From assembly GCF_006345805.1 (NCBI RefSeq), contig NC_042997.1:169570001-169634000 (forward strand): DNA of 64,000 bases, in the 5' to 3' direction. Position 1 is the first letter of the stretch. The number at the start of each line of letters is the position of its first letter. Under the pieces are notes generated by a model that saw only the letters and a program-made list of their open reading frames with translations, searched no databases and was not told the origin of the DNA. This DNA comes from Octopus sinensis (Eukaryota). The position numbers were made by a program, and so were the translations under genes. Positions 12,630 through 24,184 of this stretch are shown here, one piece after another.

Positions 12630-12900
12630 TATGATCATCTAATATCCATTTTCCATGCTGGCATGGGCTGGACAGTTTGACAGGAGCTGACAAGCCGGAG
12701 AGCTGCACCAGACTCCATTTGTCTGTTTTGGCATGGTTTCTGTGGTGGAATCCCCTTCCTAACACCAACCAGTTTACAGAGTGTACTGGGTGCTTTTTAC
12801 AAGGCACCAGCACAGGTGCTTTTTACATGGCACCCACAGGGTCACCACCTCTCTGCTGAGAGTAGGAGTGGAACTAAGGGAAGTGGCTTGATGTGAAAAT
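12630..12900 (-). mobile_element. Degenerate RTE 3' tail fragment
   Basis: ttttccatgctggcatgggctgga...ccttcctaacaccaacc matches the RTE terminal region. Confidence 0.7.
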
Positions 12901-13154
12901 AACAGGAATTCCGAGCTTCCAAATTGTTCCAAGGAAACAGATTATAATCCTTACCTCATCCATTTTATATAGGTATAAAGTAGCAAAAATAAAACTTTGT
13001 AGTTTAACCTAGCTACCAATATTATGCATGATATTCAATTTGGAATGGCTTGTTAATTATGGAAATCTTTATTACATTTTTCTTCAATTGAATTAAGCTT
13101 TGGAAGTAATTGTTTGGTTATTTCTATTCATATTATGCATAATTTCATTACTAG

Positions 13155-13309
13155 GTCTTATGATACATCACCAGAAAATGGGAGTTAATGTAAAAAGATG
13201 TGTCCATCAGATACCATATCTTGATTTGGATGCTACAATACAACCAATTACACGCACTGTACTTCGAGTCAGATTAAGTATTAAACCAGAATTTCACTGG
13301 GATGATAAG
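13155..13309 (+). CDS. ASCC3: ASCC3 exon G (155 nt, phase 1-0)
   Basis: actag|(G)LMIHHQKMGVNVKRCVHQIP...IQPITRTVLRVRLSIKPEFHWDDK|gtaatc. Confidence 0.95.
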
Positions 13310-13404
13310 GTAATCAAAATTTCATTGTACAGATAAGTCGTTCTCATATCCTTACTTTCCATTTCATATTGCTTGTTAAGTTAAAAAATTTTCATGCATT
13401 TTAA

Positions 13405-13622
13405 CCTTTTCATTACTGTATTTATTTTGAGATGCTGTGTTTCTTTCAATTACTTTAAATATAAGAAAGAATTTAATAAAATAACTTAGTTATCATTCAG
13501 CTAGTGTTAGGAACATAAATTGTGACTAAGGTTTGGTGGAAGATTTTAATTCAAAATTTATGAAAACAAGACATTTGTACTCAGAGCCAGAGCCAGTTTC
13601 AGCCGGGTTGATAACAAAAGGG
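13405..13622. mobile_element. TTAA-flanked MITE (piggyBac-type)
   Basis: TTAA|CCTTTTCATTAC...ATAACAAAAGGG|TTAA; diverged inverted relative at 39731-39938. Confidence 0.75.
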
Positions 13623-14554
13623 TTAATAGATTTGAAAGATTTTTGAACTTATCTACAGTATGATTACATTGTGCACACGTGTGTTCGTTTATTTGTTCTA
13701 CATCCATTTTTCCATGCTAGAATGAATTGGGCAACTACTTACTGAGGCATTATTTTAGAGCCAGGTACTCTTTCTTACTTGCTTTTCCATCCGCAAGTAA
13801 CAATAAAACTTTTAACACACCTTACCCCAACAAACCAGCCTACATCTCTTTACCTCACCTTTTCTCTTGCTCTTACAGTATGCTTATGCATATCCCTCAC
13901 TCCCCAATCCTGTCCTCACTACTCACTGTATCACTGCTATCCTGTTGTCCTCCTCCCCCTCTATATACCCAGGTTTCACCAGTCACTGCATTCCCTACAC
14001 TCTTTGCATTCATGTGAAGTCTCTATTCCCTACTCATGCACCTTTGGCAATACCCTATCATTTATATTCTGACCCTCATACCTTGAGGGTATACCCTGGC
14101 ACTTCACCGCCATCTATCACTCTCTTGCTCTACTCTATTCCATTTATATTCTGATCCCCATTCCTGATGAGTATGCCCTGGCACTTCTCCACCATCTCTC
14201 TCTTCTCTCTTGCACTCTCGTTCTCTCCCATTCACTCTCTCTTTCTCTTGCACTCTCGTTCTCTCCCATTCACTCTCTCTTTCTCTTGCTCTCTCCCTCT
14301 CACTGGTTAACCATGTATATTCTCTATAGCAACATACCTGTTTCTGTCCTCATTCCTGATCTCTCTCTCTCTCTTTCTCACACGCACATACACACACACA
14401 CACTTTCTGACTGGGTAACCACGTATCTCTTCTACAGCAAGACACCTGTTTCTGGTTCTCTATCACACTCTAACCTTTAATCATCTGGCACACGACCATC
14501 TCCTCCAATGCTCTCTCTTCCCTCTCAAAAGGTCTTCGTCTTGCAAGTTACTTG

Positions 14555-14716
14555 GTGACTCAGTCCATTCTGTGTGGTGGTTGGTGTTGGAGAGGACACC
14601 CAACCATAAAAACCATGCCAAAAACAGACACTGGAGCTTGATGTAGTTTTCTGCTTGGCCAGCTCCTGTCATACTGTCCAACCCATGCCAGCATGGAAAG
14701 CAGGTGTTAAATGATG

Positions 14717-14720
<4 letters not shown>
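14555..14720 (+). mobile_element. RTE 3' tail fragment
   Basis: gtggttggtgttggagaggacacc...gtccaacccatgccagcatggaaagcaggtgttaaatgatgat. Confidence 0.72.
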
Positions 14721-14749
<29 letters not shown>

Positions 14750-14760
14750 GCACACACATA

Positions 14761-14824
14761 CAAATGGCGGTGCCCCAGCATGGCCACAGCTCATAAGCTG
14801 AAACTAGAATCAATCAATCAATCA
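14761..14824 (+). mobile_element. Extreme 3' end of the CR1-group LINE also seen at 17548
   Basis: ggcggtgccccagcatggccacagctcataagctgaaactag plus (AATC)n. Confidence 0.65.
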
Positions 14825-15330
14825 TATAATTACATACACACACGCGCACAGTAATGGGATGGAAAATAACTCGTATATTCATCTGAATAAATTATCTCCC
14901 TTACCTTAAAAAAAAAAATTTTACTAATGAAAAGGAAAGTAATAAAGGAAGAAAGAAAAGAAATGGAGAAATTATAGATAAAGGAAGACAGAAAGATTAA
15001 GAAAACAATAGAGATTATTAAAGTGTTGTATATAAAGATAGGTATATATAAATAGAACAATAGACAGCATGGTAGCTAAGTGAATAATATATATATATCG
15101 TTGTTATTATGCAAAAGTGTCGTAAGTCCAAAACGTTGCTTTTACAGATAACGAAAAAATAGTTTCACCATTCCATTTCCTTTTTTGAAAAATGCTAAAC
15201 CAGTGTAATACACTTTGACAATTATCATATGAAGTAGCTGGAATTTGACCAAAAGAACTGGCTATTGCAAGCAAAATTAAATACTGAAAGAAACACATTT
15301 GACCAAATTTGGACATATGACAGTTTAAGA

Positions 15331-16282
15331 CAGGGGTGAGAAAACCCCTGCCCCCAGGTGCAATTGTGCCCACAAGCACATTTTATTGTGCCTGCAGGCC
15401 GATATACTCGTATGTACAAAATACACTCTTTTACTCTTTTACCTGTTTCAGACATTTGACTGTGGCCATGCTGGAGCACCGCCTTTAGTCAAGCAAACCG
15501 ACCCCGGGGCTTATTCTTTGGAAGCCTAGTACTTATTCTATCGGTTTCTTTTGCCAAACCGCTAAGTTACGGGGACATAAATACACCAGCATCGGTTGTC
15601 AAGCGATGTTGGTGGTGGGGACAAACACAGACACACACACAAACATACACACACACACACACACACATATATACATATATACAACGGGCTTCTTTCAGTT
15701 TACATCTACCAAATCCACTCACAAGGCTTTGGTCGACCCAAGGCTATAGTAGAAGACATTTGCCCAAGGTGCCACGCAGTGGGACTGAACCCGGAACCAT
15801 ATGGTTCGTAGGGAAGCTACTTACCACACAGCCACTCCTATGCCTATAATAATAAATTTTTCAATCATAAAATTTATGCAATATTCGTTTGCCTATTTGC
15901 GATATAGGTCATGTTTCCACTACAACTTAAAATGGTTAGACTCAAAAAGATAATCGCCCAGTAATTGCCATTTGTATGGAAATTTTGTTTTCACTATAAA
16001 ACACATATTGCTAGGTTTGTACCTCCCCCTTGTGACCCAACTACACCCTAGCTGAAAAATATAGAATACATCATAAGTAATATAAATGTCCTAAATTCCG
16101 TGGTGGCATTAATGTTACATGTTAATTTAATGTGTTAAACTTATCTTTGTTAATGTATATCGAATTATACATTGATATATACAAGATATACACAGATATA
16201 AGAGATAGAACTTGACGTCTGCCTGTGGACCTTTTTCATTGGAAATTTTTGCCCACTGCACTAAAAAATTTCACTACCCCTA
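15331..16282. mobile_element. Non-autonomous hAT-type element
   Basis: Termini CAGGGGT...ACCCCTA; 8-bp TSD GTTTAAGA (15323-15330) / GTTTAACA (16283-16290). Confidence 0.7.
15425..15848 (-). mobile_element. Full-length composite SINE: tRNA-like head, CORE-like segment, (TA)/(TG) microsatellite, LINE-derived tail
   Basis: Minus strand reads ggagtggctgtgtggtaag...gggttcagtccc...ggcaccttgggcaa; microsatellite at 15625-15680; tail ggcggtgctccagcatggccacag..ctgaaac. Confidence 0.85.
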
Positions 16283-16624
16283 GTTTAACATAACAACAAT
16301 GTGCTTTATAGTGTGTGCTCCTTTTTTGGATATATGATTCCACTGACAATATATATATATATATATATACATTGAGAGAGAGAGAGAGGGGTTAAAGTAG
16401 TGAGTAAAGGCAAACAATTAGTCAAGGCAGGACAAGAATTTTTGATTTCATTTAATTTAATCTAAAAAAATTTGCTGCATAATGAATGGTAAAAATAGTA
16501 CAAACATGTATGGATAGCCTCTGACAGCTGTTTCTGAAAGTGAATACTAACAGATCCAGTGTTGTGCATGGAATAAAGATACATTCTGGTGAAAGCAAAG
16601 ATAAATAGGTAAGAGGCATGTGTT

Positions 16625-16965
16625 CATCATCATCATCATCGTCGTTTAACGTCCATTTTCCATGCTAGCATGGGTTGGATGGTTCAACTGGGGTCTGGGA
16701 AGCCAGAAGGCTGCACCAGGCCCAGTCTAATCTGGCAGTGTTTCTACAGCTGGATACCCTTCCTAACGCCAACCACTCCGTGAGTGTAGTGGGTGCTTTT
16801 TATGTACCACCTGCACAGGTGCCAGACGAGGCTGGCAAACGGCCATGATCGGATGGTGATTTTTATGTGCCACCAGCATGGAGGCCTGTCGGGGCGGCAC
16901 TGGCAATGGCCACGTTCGGATGGTTCTCTTATGTGCTACCAGCACTGGTATCACAGCTACAATTA
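16625..16965 (-). mobile_element. 5'-truncated RTE 3' UTR
   Basis: (CAT)n, ccatgctagcatggg, cttcctaacgccaaccactcc and three hairpin repeat units. Confidence 0.88.
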
Positions 16966-17547
16966 TGTGGAGTACTGCATAACAGTTCTTTTCCTCTTCT
17001 CACCTTGCTGTACCACTTAACCACTCTTTCTGATTATGGATTTACCTAAAGAAGACCCAATCCAACTGGATTTAAATAAACCCTCCTGGACATAATGAAA
17101 CACAACAAATATTGATGAGGAACATTCTTTTACTTTCTAACCTATATTTCTCGGCTGACAGAATACCCAACATACAGAGCCTTTGCTTGATATGATGCTC
17201 CAATAGCTGGGATATCCCAGAACAACTGTCAGAGACTATCTTTACCAGTTTGTACTATTTTTACCATTCATTATGTAGCAAAACTTTTATAGATTGAATT
17301 AATTGAAATCAAATGTTCTTGTCCTGCCTTGATTAATCATTTGCCTTTCCTCACTGCTTTAACGTATACCTGTTGGCTCAAATGGAAGCCACCTTTGACC
17401 ATTTTTGGAACAAAGCAACCACATAACCACATCTTCAACTGCTGTTCTCACAGGAATTTTTGTGGCACATCTATTTGAGCACTTAGAATGCATATCTATT
17501 AGATTGAGTCATCCTGACAAGAACTCCTCATATCCTATATATATATA

Positions 17548-17769
17548 GGTGTCTTCAAAATAAAACTAGACCTCTTCCTGTCAGGTGTCCCAGATGAACC
17601 AACTTCACGGCAGGAGGTGCAGATGAAGGCAGCTGCATCAAACTCTCTCATGCACCAAATGTCAATTGCTAAAAAGCATTCGTGAAGTAAAATCATGTAG
17701 CAACACCAAATGGTGGTGCTTCAGCATGGCCACAGCTCGTGAGCTGAAACTAGACGAAATGAAATGAAA
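17548..17769 (+). mobile_element. 3' end of a CR1-group LINE inserted in a (TA)n tract
   Basis: Reads GVFKIKLDLFLSGVPDEP...AAASNSLMHQ...HS* (stop at 17683-17685), short 3' UTR, (GAAAT)n tail. Confidence 0.75.
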
Positions 17770-18470
17770 GGAAAAAAATATATATATATGCTGTTGTATA
17801 GATATATAGAATCAAGGGAAGATGTGTCAATTGAAGTGTAAGGTTATGAGGATGAATCTTCAAGGTATGGATTATGCATAGGAGTGGTTGAATGTATTAG
17901 AGTACAAAAACTGTTGTTAAAAGTAGTAGCATCAGTATTATTGTATCTACCTCTTATAGATGCCATAGTACATTTGTCAGTTTGGCAGGTATTTCAGGGC
18001 AGCTCAAACAAAGATCTCAGGATCAGTTTTTATTTGTGCCTACATTTTCCTGACACAAGTGATTTTGAGTTAAGATAACCATCTGGTTGCAGTAAGTGTT
18101 CCAATATTAGTCATTTTCAGTAATGCATGAATTACAATTTTTGCTTCCATTCTTATGGTTTCCATTTAATATACAAATTAGTAGCCAGATGAAGCTGGAA
18201 AGTTTAGTCACATGCCATCCTTTGGTATTCTAGGAGATAGCTAGATGATTGAGATATTTTCAAATACCTTCTCAGATACATACAGCATTCAGTAAACCAC
18301 CCTTTAACACATACACATAACACATTCATAGGATTATGCCTAACATATGCATGTATATATTGTATGAATATATTTGCCCATGTGTATTTATTTTTCAACC
18401 AAATTATCTTATAGATTAAATATATTGACAGTTTGTTTAAAAGTTCAATTTCTTGTTCAATTTCTTGTAG

Positions 18471-18569
18471 ATACATGGAAAAACTGGAGAGCCTTTCTGG
18501 GTTTGGGTAGAAGACCCAGATAATAACTTTATTTACCATTCTGAAAATTTTCTTTTACACAAGAAGAGT
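18471..18569 (+). CDS. ASCC3: ASCC3 exon H (99 nt, phase 0-0; absent from the ORF track)
   Basis: ttgtag|IHGKTGEPFWVWVEDPDNNFIYHSENFLLHKKS|gtaagt. Confidence 0.94.
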
Positions 18570-18659
18570 GTAAGTGATTTTTGATTTGTTGTATGTAGAT
18601 TTGTAGTTTTTTTTTTAATATGTGACTGTCACATCATTTATCCTTTATGTTTTTTTGTT

Positions 18660-18862
18660 TTTTTTTACTTGTTTTGGTCTTGGAACTGTGGCCATACTGG
18701 AGCACCACTTTGAAAGATTTAGTCAAACAATCAACCCCAGTACTTGTTTTCAAACCTAATACTTATCTGGTGGTCTCTGAACTGCTAAGTTACAGAGGAC
18801 ATAAACAAACCAACACCACTTGTTAAGTGGTTCGTGGGGACAAACATAGGATACACACACAC
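18660..18862 (-). mobile_element. 3' half of the composite SINE family
   Basis: Homologous to 15430-15630; further partial copies at 25838-25920 and 28545-28745. Confidence 0.75.
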
Positions 18863-18872
18863 ATATGTATGT

Positions 18873-18923
<51 letters not shown>

Positions 18924-19222
18924 CACACATACACATTATTTGATTGTTTGTTCCTGTCTGGTCTTTTTTAAAATTTTTTGTTGGATGTAATTATTCATAC
19001 CAATATGTAATTCCTTACAAAGAATCTAATTTTTATTTGAAGAAGTGTTTTCGTTTTTGTCTTTGAAATTAATTAGACTCTGAAACAATTTGTAGAATTT
19101 ATATTGGATTTGTACCAACTTGGATTTGAAGATCGTTTACACCGATATATATTTTTTCCTTTCCTTATACTCTATACATACATACATATATATATATACA
19201 TATACACACACATACATACATA

Positions 19223-22200
19223 TCTTTGTGGCTGGAGACTTTAATAGGCATGTTGGGCAGGAATCTGGTATCTTCATTGGGGTATATGGTGGCCATGGTA
19301 TTGGCACCCGAAACAATGAGGGAACTAGGCTACTGGAATTCTGTGATGCATGTAACCTTTTAATCTGCAACACTAACTTCAGGAAGCCAAACAGCCACCT
19401 TATAACCTATCAGTCAGGGGACTCTGCTAGCCAGATTGATTTCATCCTCACCAGACAATGGGACACAGGGTTGCTCTTAAATACAAAGACCCTCCAGGGT
19501 GAAAAGGTATCCCTCAGCATAGGCTAGTCATTAGTGACTTTAGGCTTGAGGCCAGAAGGATACCAAGAAGCAGAACAATCCAGAAAAGAAGGATGTGAAA
19601 GCTAAAGAACCCTTCACATGGTCAGAGATTTAGGGACATCCTCATCAAGAAATTTGATGAGAGGGAGGAGGAGCTACAGACGTTGGACATAGAAGGTAGC
19701 TGGAAATTCCAACGGGACAGCTTGCTGAGTGCCAGAGACCAAGTCTGCGGATGGTGCAAAGTCCCTTCCAGACCGAGAGTTACGTGGTGGTGGAATAGTA
19801 CAGTAGACAAAGCCATTAGAGCAAAGAAACAGATCTGGAAAGCCTGGAGGGATGGGGGTAGCAGGGAACTGTACCAGGTAGCCAAAAGGGAGGCTGGGCG
19901 ACAGTATACATAGCCAAGGGTGAAGCAGAAAAGAAGTTTGCCAATTGTCCAGCAACATAAGGACCAAATAACTGAGGTATTTCAGATTGCAAGACAGTAT
20001 GTGAGAGAAAATTGTGATGTCACAGGAGAGAAATGCGTCCGCATGGATGATGGAGCACTTGCTTTCAATGTTTCTGAAAAGAAAGAGGCTTGGAGAAGCC
20101 ATTATGAGAGACTGCTGAATGTGGAGAATGAATGGGAGGAGGAGAGCCTTCCAAATGTTGACCTAGTAGAGGGACCAGATATCTGAATAGACAGCTCTCT
20201 AGTAGATAAAGCAATTAAGGGTATGAAACCAGGAAAACCCCCCGGCCCATCAGGAATCACTGCTGAGATGCTTAAAACATCTGGTGGTGTGGGCTATGGC
20301 CTAGTCACCCGCATTGTAAACCAGATAGTTCATAATGGAATCATGCCCAATGATTGGCATAGCAGTACCACAGTCAACTGCTACAAAGGTAAAGGTGATG
20401 CTCTAGATAGAAATAACTACAGGAGTATTAAACTGTTTGATCAGGTGATGAAGGTCACAGAGAGGGTCATAGCCCATCTCATTAGGGAGAGAGTTTGCTT
20501 AGATGAGATGCAGTTTGGTTTTGTGCCTGGTAGAAGCACCACTGATGCCATATTCCTGGTTCGACAACTGCAGGAGAAATACCTAGCTAAAGATAAACCT
20601 CTCTACATAGCATTCGTGGACTTGGAGAAAGCCTTTGACAGGGTCCCCCGATCCCTTATCTGGTTGGCGATGCAGAAACTGGAGATTGACGGATGGTTAA
20701 TAAGGGCTGTACAGGCCCTATACAGAGAGGCCGTCAGCAAGGTTAGGATTGGCAATGAGTATAGTGAAGAATTCCAGGTAGAAGTAGGGGTCCACTAAGG
20801 TTCAGCCCTCAGTCCCCTTTTATTCATCATAGTCCTCCAGGCAATAACAGAGGAATTCAAGATGGGTTGACCTTGGGAGCTCCTCTATGCTGATGACCTG
20901 GCCCTCATAGCAGAATCACTACTGGAACTAGAAAAGAAATTTCAGATGTGGAAGCTAGGTTTAGAATCAAAAGGCCTTAGACTCAATGTAGCAAAGACCA
21001 ACGTTCTAGTAAGTAGGAAGGCAAACACACCACACACCCCTTCAGGTAGGTGGCCCTGCTCGATCTGTAGAAAAGATGTAGGTAGAAACTCCATAAGATG
21101 TACTCAGTGTAAGCTATGGACACATAAGAGGTGCAGCACCATCAAAGGAAAATTAACCGAGAAGATAGCTTTTGTGTGTGGCAGATGCACAGGGGCAATA
21201 GACACCATTGATACTCAGAAAACAGATTCCATTACACTCCTGGGGAAGAAACTAGAAGTAGTTGATAGGTGACCAAGTTAGTACTGGGGGTGAATGCTCA
21301 GAGAGTGTTACCACTAGAATAAGAATAACCTAGGCAAAATTTAGAAAGCTCCTACCCCTACTGGTGACAAAGGGTCTCTCACTCAGAGTGAAAGGTAGAC
21401 TGTACGATGCATGTGTGCGAACTGCCATGCTTCACGGTAGTGAAACATGGGCTGTAACTGCAGGGGTCATGCATAGGCTTGAAAGAAATTAAGCTAGCAT
21501 GAATTGCTGGATGTGTAATGTTAGTGTGTATACACAACAGTGTAAGTGCCCTGAGAGAAATGCTGGACATAAGAAGCATTGGATGTGGCGTGCAAGAGAG
21601 ACGTCTGCGCTGGTATGGTCATGTACTACGGATGGATGAGGAGAGATGTGTGAAGAAGTGCCACTCCCAAACAGTTGAAGGAATCCGGGGTAGAGGTAAA
21701 CCCAGGAAGACATGGGATGAGGTGGTCAAGCATGACCTTCGAATGTTGGGTCTCACCTCTGAAGATATGCTGTGACTGCGAAGACCCGACAAATAATGTG
21801 AGTTCATGGCTGTTTCCTGCACCTGCTTCACATAGAAGCCCAGCCATTCCAAAGTGCTTTGGATCGCAGGACAGCCTGCTGTACTTACCTTGGATCATAG
21901 AGCGACCTGCTGTGCTTGAGGAGACCTATTGAGTCAAGTACATCAACATCAAAAAATCAAATGGAAATTGTAGTTGTGATACCTGTGCCGGTAGCATGTA
22001 AAATACACCATCCGTACGTGGCCGATGCCAGCACCGCCTTGACTGGCTTCCGTGCCGGTGGCATGTAAAAAGCACCAACTGATGGTGGCCGTTGCCAGCC
22101 TCCCCTGGCACCTGTGCCAGTGGCATGTAAAAAGCACCCACTACACTTACGGAGTGGTTGGCATTAGGAAAGGCATCCAGCTGTAGAAACACTACCAGAT

Positions 22201-22296
22201 CAGACTGGAGCCTGGTGCAGCCTCCTGGCTTACCAGACCCCGGTCGAACCGTCCAACCCATGCTAGCATGGAAAACAGACGTTAAACGATGATGAT
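19223..22296 (+). mobile_element. RTE LINE copy 2 (different subfamily, 5'-truncated, stops and frameshifts)
   Basis: IFVAGDFN, QIDFIL, AFVDLEKAFD, LLYADD, PHD at 21051-21188, RRLRWYGHV, repeat 3' UTR, (GAT)n tail; many third-position differences from copy 1. Confidence 0.95.
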
Positions 22297-22355
22297 ATGT
22301 ATATATGTTTATATATGAATATACACACACACTTATAATATATATATACATATAT

Positions 22356-22521
22356 ACGACAGGTTTCTTTCAGTTTCCGTCTACCAAATCCACTCACAAG
22401 GCATTGGTCGGCCCGGGGCTATAGCAGAAGACACTTGCCCAAGATGCCACGCAGTGGGACTGAACCCGGAATCATGTGGTTGGTTAGCAAGCTACTTACC
22501 ACACAGCCACTCCTGCGCCTA
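22356..22521 (-). mobile_element. tRNA-derived SINE head, well-preserved copy
   Basis: Minus strand aggcgcaggagtggctgtgtggtaag (A-box-like)...ccgggttcagtccc (B-box-like); other copies near 32012-32122, 35830-36040, 52605-52760 and 59950-60100. Confidence 0.85.
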
Positions 22522-22529
22522 TATATATA

Positions 22530-23115
22530 TAACAAAATGGAGTTGTAGGGTACCGCACGAGTGGAATTATATACGAAAGAAGGTTTGAAAATGCAATTTT
22601 GAAAGATGTTTATTTACTTTACCGGTTTCACTCTTTGGAAAAAGATTGTCAAAAGTAACATGTAGAAGTTTGGTTGCATTAATTATTGGTTGTTACAAAA
22701 TGCTACATTACATATATACAGTCTTTGGTAACAAGGACATGTTAAGGACATAAAAAAGTTTAACAAGTTCCTTAAAATATTGGGCACAAAAGATTACAAC
22801 ATAAATATACATTCTCAAGAACATGTTAAAGATAGTTTCCAGAAGGAATTATTAAAAAGTTCAGTGGGATATTGGTATTGTATCTGTATATTCAAACACG
22901 TACAGAATATTGGTTGTCACAGAGTACTACAATACATATATATACATTCTTTGGTGAGAAGAGCATGTTAAGAACATAAAAAAGTTTAACAAGTTCATTG
23001 AAATATTGGGCACAAAAAAAATTACAACAAATATATACATTCTCAAGATAATTTCCAGAAGGAATTATTAAAAAGTTCAGTGGAATATTGGGAAACACGC
23101 ACAGAATATTATGAG
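22530..23115 (-). mobile_element. Probable Penelope-like terminal-repeat remnant with decayed hammerhead and an internal ~200-bp tandem duplication
   Basis: Hammerhead-like motif at 22614-22658 followed by AATAAA on the minus strand; 22708-22920 is repeated at 22934-23110; sits next to (TA)n. Confidence 0.5.
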
Positions 23116-23309
23116 TTCAAAAAGGTTTACATTATAATAGTAGGGAAGCTAAAACTGACCTGTCCACCATGTTAACGTAAAAGAATATTATCTATTTCAA
23201 GGGACACTGTAGGTGTGTTTGGGTGGGGAGAAGGAGGAGTAATGTGGAACTGAAAATAATTTCTCCTTTTTGTCTCTCCTTCACGCATCAATGATTTGGG
23301 GGATTGGTC

Positions 23310-24015
23310 TTTAGAGGTCAGAATGGTTTGAGTGTGTGTATATATGTGTGGTGTGAGTAGATGTGTCTCTGTGTTTGTAAAATCTGGTAGGATGGTGTGT
23401 GTATATGTGTGCCCGTTTTTCAACCGTGTGTGTGATTGTCTTGGTGTTGTGTGTATATGTGTATTTGGCATGGTGCTGAGTGTGTATATGGAGGTCAGAA
23501 TGGTGTGAGTGTGTGTGTATATATATGTATACATGTGTTTGTGTGTGTATGTGGGCTGTTTTTGATTGGTCCCAGGGTCCATTGTGGTGTAAATAGATGT
23601 GTGTTTTTTAAAATTTGGTAGGATGGTGTGTGTATGTGTGTGGTTAATGTTTGTTTGTGTGTTGTGTGTGCGTTAGTGTGTATGTGTTTGTTCGTATGTG
23701 TGTCCATGACAAACGGGCACACATATACACACACCATCCTACCAAATTTCTAAAAAAAAACACATCTATTTACACCACAATGGACCCTGGGACCATTCAA
23801 AAACAGCCCCCCCCACACACACAAACACATGTATACATATATATACACACACAAAGATGCATACACTCACACCATATATACGCCCACACACAAACACATA
23901 CTCAATACCAACACACACAAAACGCATATACACACACGCCATACAGTTACACCCAACAGACATGGACACACATACGAACAAACACATACACACTAACGCA
24001 CACACAACACACTAT
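23310..24015. repeat. Complex (GT)/(AC)-rich inverted and tandem repeat
   Basis: 23510-23640 is inverted at 23718-23852; 23655-23708 is inverted at 23961-24012; a variant unit lies at 23315-23420. Confidence 0.85.
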
Positions 24016-24153
24016 GTATATGTATATATGTATATATGGCTATCAGTAACAATATAGGGTGAAATTAATTAATTTGGAATAATCATTAATTACACCAAGT
24101 AGATCTCGGCATGTATCTACTTGAGATCTACTGCCGAGATCTACTTATATATG

Positions 24154-24184
<31 letters not shown>

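Larger units (their letters stand above)
15099..16299. mobile_element. MITE (same family as 3651-3878) split by a hAT insertion
   Basis: 15099-15330 aligns with 3651-3866; the remaining terminus resumes at 16283. Confidence 0.7.

Noticed and set aside
23172-24057. His/Thr- and Val/Cys-rich ORFs
   Set aside because: Translations of (CA)n and (TG)n low-complexity sequence.
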